Source: Antedon mediterranea
Lineage: Eukaryota > Animalia > Echinodermata
Direction: 5' to 3'
Assembly (NCBI RefSeq): GCF_964355755.1
Contig: NC_092677.1
Span: 17,072,101-17,136,100 of the forward strand
DNA: 64,000 nt
Under the pieces are notes generated by a model that was not told the origin of the DNA, ran no database searches, and saw nothing but the letters and a program-made list of their open reading frames with translations. Within the stretch, counting starts at the first letter, position 1. Every line of letters starts with the position of its first letter. The position numbers and the translations under genes were made by a program. Shown piece after piece: positions 57,936 to 64,000 of the stretch.

Positions 57936-60900
57936 ACAGACTCCTAGATTTTAATCTTAAAACACACACTAATGTCCTTCAGACACCTCCCTAAAATCGA
58001 AACATTGTAATTGTACCCTAAACACCACATATAACCTGTTGTTTGCCAATTAAGTAGAATAAAAATGTACATATACATATAGCTAAACACAAAAAAAAAT
58101 GAAAAGAACAAAATATATATAGGTTTCATTCATTTCATTTGCCAAACAAACAAAAATCAACCCAACAACCCTTGTAGTCCATTGGTACAGCTTACAAATT
58201 GATGTGTCTGGAGGTTAGAAAATTAACTAGAGTCTGAACTAGGCAAAATCAAAGTGATGCTGCTAACTAGGGATCCTCAAAATGGCTGTCTTTTATCTGT
58301 TAAGAAATATTATTTAGTATATAAAAATAATGACCTCAAATATTACAAAGAACCACATATATCAATATTTTTGTTTAAAGCTCTGTCTACACTATCAAAC
58401 TAGTTTAACAAGAAAAGTGTGATGGTGGTGATATGACATCATCGTGTCTATCCCATATATGGGCACATCACTTTTTTTTCACATAAAGTTTGATATCGTA
58501 GACAAAGCTTAAGAATATGTTCTTAGCTGCAGTAGTGATGCACGACTTCACTGATTAGGTAATTGGTGTATTCTTTTGTGAATTGCTTTTTTAGCTAATT
58601 CAGTTAATTTACAGTAACATCTAGTTAATTATATAACCTCTTTGTGTCACATTGGAGTTCATACTCTAGTTAATTATATAACCTCCTTGAGTGTGAGGTA
58701 TTCAGTTAAATATAGAGAGATTGGATATGTGCATCTGTTTAAAGTGCATAATGTTTTTGCACTGTTTTGCATGCACTTTCTCACTGTGAATGTGAATCTT
58801 ATCTAACAAAGAGAAGCTAGAGTTGTTCTAATGACTTGGTTTTTTCTATCTTGTGTTATTTGAACAATTATTCTGGAACAAACAAATGGCTAATATAGGG
58901 TAAAATGGTTTGACTTTTTCCAAGGACATAATGATTACCACGCCAAACATATTCAAATTGTATGATATACACACAAGTGACCATATGGAAATAATGCACA
59001 AGCATAATATGAATATATGGATATTTGGGCATGCAATGATGTTGCACCAAGGCTACAGGGTTGAATGTATGGAGACACATGCACATATTATGGATGTTAT
59101 GTATGACAGTATCTTAACTATATCAGCACATCACTTAAGACTTTAGGCACATTGACAGGAATGGGTATTAAATTAACCATATTTATAGTCAAATAAAATG
59201 TGATAGTTTAAACAAAGACAAATATTAGATCTTAAAGAAGGAATGTTCCATTTGTGTGAGGTGTAAGATTTTTCAAATGATGAATATGAGAAAAGTTGTG
59301 TTCTAAAAATGATAAATTTGTGTATGTATTTCGTTTATTCAAAATCTTGTATAGACATTATATAGTCTGGAAAAAAATTAACAAAAAGATTAATTTAGAA
59401 CAGATGTAGACTGTAAAAATACTTTTCACTTGAGGTTGAGTAAGGAAAATTTAGAGGAATATTAAAAGTGATTAATATGTACATTAATTAGCATATGCAT
59501 AATTAGCATATGTATATTAGCATATGCATATTAGCATATCAAACCAAATCTGCATATATAAATGCTATTCAAATTGTTGGGTTTTTATTTTTGTTCTTGT
59601 GAGCAGTGTGCTTTAATATGTAATATACAAGGTACCCATGCATGCTATGTAACTGTTCTGTATATATATAATGTGCAAATAGACTTATCAACATGAACAA
59701 TTTTGTTTAAATTAAGATTTTAATCATTTCACAATATTCTTGAAACTATATGTTTCACTGGTGATTAGATAATAGTAATTCAAAGTTTGAACATAACTTG
59801 AGTTTTTGCCTTAAAAAAGTTTTATATAAATCTGCACTAACACGGGCGATACAGAAATTTAATATGAGCCCAATTTTCTAATTTTGTTGATTTTAAACGA
59901 CTTCCAAATACCTACTATAAACAATGAACAATACACCATGTCAGGATTCAATATTTTGACACTAATTATGTAATGATAACGACATAGTGCATGTGACAAA
60001 TACTGAATTCTGAAACCTAATGATGGTTACCTCATTTTGTGAGTATTTATTGGTGATCTGATGTGCTGATTGTTGTTATTCTTTTAGTGGTAGTAGTCAA
60101 CATTTTAAGGGAAACTTTGCGCGCAACTGGGCCCCTTGAATTCGTCCCCCTTCACCCACCGCCACATAATGGCTATTACGAGACAATGAAGTATAAAGTA
60201 TGTCTCTTGAAACACAGATAATAAGAAATGATTGTTAATTGGAAACCATTCCGATTTTTGTTTTTTGTTTCTACTGTCTATTTGATGGAAAATAGCAGAA
60301 ATAACAATTAATTCAACTTATTACAACAGTATTAATATTTACATACATAGAAACTGTTGATATACTGACTTGCAAGTTTGAAGTGTAATTTACAGTTGGA
60401 AAGGAAGGACACTATTGGCCAGAATTCTCAAATTAAAGGGTTTACTAAACCATGTGAACATTAAACTTGCGCTTTCAACAGATATCCCACAGTGCAATGC
60501 AAAATTGAAGAATGAAGACACATAGATCGAGAATATGTTAATAAAAACTGATTTGTGATTTGAACGATGCTAGTTTTCTAATTAGCATAAGCATTACTAA
60601 TCGCACTGGTTCATTATTATTTGAAAATAGTACACACAGTATCAGAAACTGTTAAAAGTTTGTACAGAAAATGTTTTTTTCTTCATTTTATTCATTCATA
60701 TTCATTGTCTTTGTTGAAACCAGTAAAGATATAAAAAAAATGATTTTAAAATCTATCAATTTGTTCTCAAGATGCTAAAAGTTAAATGTTAACGAGTTAG
60801 AAAAGTCTATAAACATTTTAGTGCTTCATAAGTTCAGTTGGCTTGAGTGGCCAACAGTTAAGTCAGGGGCACCGCAAATCATAGTCATAGCTCATCTCCT

Positions 60901-61695
60901 TGACCATAGTTCTATTGGTAGGTACTTCTTACTGATAATCCAACAGTGGATTTGCATGTAGCTGACAGCGGATTTTCGTAGCCTTCATTGTATTTGAATC
61001 TATGCGAGCCTTGCAATCACAAAGGATAGATTTACCTGAATTGCTGGCAATTTATTTAAATATTTCATTAATACAGTATACTGTACATTTTTAGTATACA
61101 CAAATCACAGTTTATTCGCAACCTGATTTTGAAAAGCCTTGATCTCCCTTCTATGATTTGCCTGCTGAAATGTTTTACCATACTAATTACCTTATATGCC
61201 CTAATTTTGTATAAAAACCCAGTACAATTAATAATAACTAGAATGAGATAGGCTAAAGCAGTTTCTGACTACCTATGTTTATGTGTATTGTCCAAGAAGC
61301 CAGATTTATTGCAATCAACCAAAAGGTTGTGTTTATCTTGTCCCCTGAATTTATTTAAAACGTACATTACTATTTGTTTCTTGGAAAGTATCCCCTTACT
61401 TAATTAGGTTGTCCTCTAAATGGAGATGTTCTCAAACAGTGGTGGCTTTTTTTTTTTTTGGTGGTGGTGGTTTCAACCAAACCATTTTTTAACAGAGGCG
61501 TTTAACAACTCTGTGGCCCGCACAGAAATTGTTACCTTTTCTTATTCTTGCAACCACTGCACCACTTTATTTCTCATGGCTGCATTCTGAATCATTGAGA
61601 TGTGTTCAATTAGTGTCAAAGATCAAAATGGCAAAGAGCAAGTCCATACATTTTTAGTTAAAAAGTCTTTTCTTGTAATTTCGTTCAAAAAAGGA

Positions 61696-63271
61696 TCATT
61701 TTTTATCTAAATCCTGTTTTCTATAATAAGCTGTCCATTTATCTTGCCTATCATTTATCATCTTCTCACTTAGTTCCCACAAGGCAACTGCCTTATCTTT
61801 GTTATTGGCTTCTTTTGATGCTTCACACATGCAACAGTGATTGAAATATAGTCCTCCAGATCCCTCAATCTCACTGCTGACTGCACAGAACACACTCGTT
61901 GCGGCTCCTTGTTGCTGGAAATGGAAATTACAGTGGTATAAAATATTTTTTAATAATTTTTATTTTATTCCAATACATGGAACAAAATTGTCATGACTAG
62001 GCTAGTAATAAAGGTATTTATCATCACTTAATTGACTTTGGTGTAAAGTACACAACAGGAGGCAATTTCAGAAGAAAATATTACGACATTGGGGAGAAAA
62101 GTTTTACTCAGTATAGATATATGTATCAAGACGTTTGCAAAGCACGCTCGTTGAGTTGTGCACTTGTGTTCATAATCAGTGTGCCATGTCCCACATAACT
62201 GACTCAGCCTATATATTTCAAAACCCGGGCTTCCCTGACAAGATCGAAACAATACTGTCTGCAGATTGGATATATTATATATGCACCTACCAATGATTTG
62301 GTGAAGGGACGTGCAAAGGCCCAGAGGATCCTCCATAACCACGAATTCTTCTGAATATTTGTATACATTAGGTTACCAGGATGTAAGCTATTACACGTCA
62401 CTCCTTTGTCTTTGTACCTTCTATTATACTCATTGGCAAAAAGAATGTTACAGAGTTTAGCTCGTCCGTAAGCCAGGATTGGCCAATATTCCAGTCTGGA
62501 CATACAAACACTCTTTAAGTCCAGTTCATTAGCATGCACAGAGCGCCAATCTATAAATCTGTAAACACAAGAAAACAAGGGCAACCATAATGCAGAATGA
62601 ATATAAATAAAACATGTATCTATCCTGATACTGATCGCGTTTCCGCTCAACCGCCCACCCGTCATAACAAATAACAGAGATTCTATATTTTGTTTCCGCT
62701 TACCGTTACAGCTCGTCTGTAGATTGGCCTCTAAGGTTTTGCTGGTCCTGTAATAGCCAGTCAAGCAGCTAATGGTTAAGAAAGAGGCAGTCTAAACCAC
62801 ATCCATATTGGCACAGGTTCATAATTTTAATGGTAGAACAGGTCCCTCTGGTTGGTTTGTAAGCAACGGCTATGGTAGTGATATGATGACATCGTGTCCA
62901 TATATGGGAGGACATCAGATTTTTTGTAACATAAAGATTGGTATTGTAGACAGAGCTTTACACTGTAGTGCTTAGTAGTCTTCTCAAAGCTTTGATACGT
63001 CATTAGTACATTATGGTTTGGAATATAGAGGAATAGTATAATAAAATGTGATGTCAAAACATCTTCAAATACACTGTCAACTTACCGATGTGACTCTGAA
63101 GAAACCATGATCACTCTGGACGGTGCAGAGGAGATTAAAAGATCTGTCAACAGCTTTACCAGATGGAAATGTCCAAGGTGACATACCTGGAATGTAGTCT
63201 CTATGCCATCCTCTGTTTCCACCCATGGGATCCCAAATACAGCTGCATTGCAAATAAGAATATGTAGTGGC
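61696..63271 (-). CDS. WWOX: WW domain-containing oxidoreductase, last three exons (SDR domain): 63086-63271, 62291-62558, 61696-61914. The 5' part lies beyond the window.
   Basis: [45 protein letters not shown] (YxxxK), [36 protein letters not shown]. Confidence 0.93.
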
Positions 63272-63386
63272 CTACACACGTCACAAACATAATAAATAAA
63301 ATAGATAATGCAACTATGTATAGAATACTACATCAATGTGTATAATAGTTAATACCTATTAACCTTTATTATACTGTAGAACCCTT

Positions 63387-64000
63387 GGGGACACCCCTAT
63401 TCAGGGGACACCCTTATTCAGGGGACACCCCTATTCAGGGGACACCCCTATTCAGGGGACACCCCTATTCAGGGGACACCCCTATTCAGGGGACACCCCT
63501 ATTCAGGGGACACTCCTATTCAGGGGACACTCCTATTCAGGGGACACCCCTATTCAGGGGACACCCCTATTCAGGGGACACCCCTATTCAGGGGACACTC
63601 CTATTCAGGGGAGCACCCCTATTCAGGGGACACCCCTATTCAGGGGATACCCCTATTCAGGGGACACCCCTATTCAGGGGACACTCCTATTCAGGGGACA
63701 CCCCTATTCAGGGGACACTCCTATTCAGGGGACACCCCTATTCAGGGGACACCCCTATTCAGGGGACACCCCTATTCAGGGGACACCCCTATTCAGGGGA
63801 CACCCCTATTCAGGGGACACTCCTATTCAGGGGACACTCCTATTCAGGGGACACCCCTATTCAGGGGACACCCCTGTTCAGGGGACACCCCTATTCAGGG
63901 GACACTCCTATTCAGGGGAGCACCCCTATTCAGGGGACACTCCTATTCAGGGGAGCACCCCTATTCAGGGGACACCCCTATTCAGGGGATACCCCTATTC
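63387..64000. repeat. 17-bp minisatellite (CAGGGGACACCCCTATT)n, at least 35 copies, in a WWOX intron, running off the window
   Basis: Direct reading, with minor variants (ACTCC, GAGCACCCC, GATACCCC). Confidence 0.97.

Overview
AT-rich, intron-containing animal (invertebrate-like) genomic DNA, not prokaryotic. Gene order: 3' part of SNRNP200/Brr2 (+); WDR54 (-) head-to-head with RAB5IF/OPTI (+); a tandemly duplicated head-to-head pair ABHD4/5-like (-) / VAP (+), with relics of a further copy between them; 3' exons of WWOX (-); and a terminal 17-bp minisatellite. VAP copy 1 appears to have lost its transmembrane exon and has a K43-equivalent change in the FFAT-binding site. The ~0.6-kb bidirectional promoter of pair 2 is split by an ~18.5-kb nested insertion. 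This comprises a non-coding element with asymmetric ends and inward-facing hairpin-satellite arms, inside it a TTAA-flanked Kolobok-like element, and inside that a second, inverted, diverged member of the first family. In both family members the palindrome in the subterminal inverted repeat matches the hairpin arm of the element's own satellite monomer, and the two change together between the copies. This is the most unusual feature of the window. Exon boundaries were read by hand from GT/AG sites and reading frame. Repeat boundaries and copy numbers are approximate.
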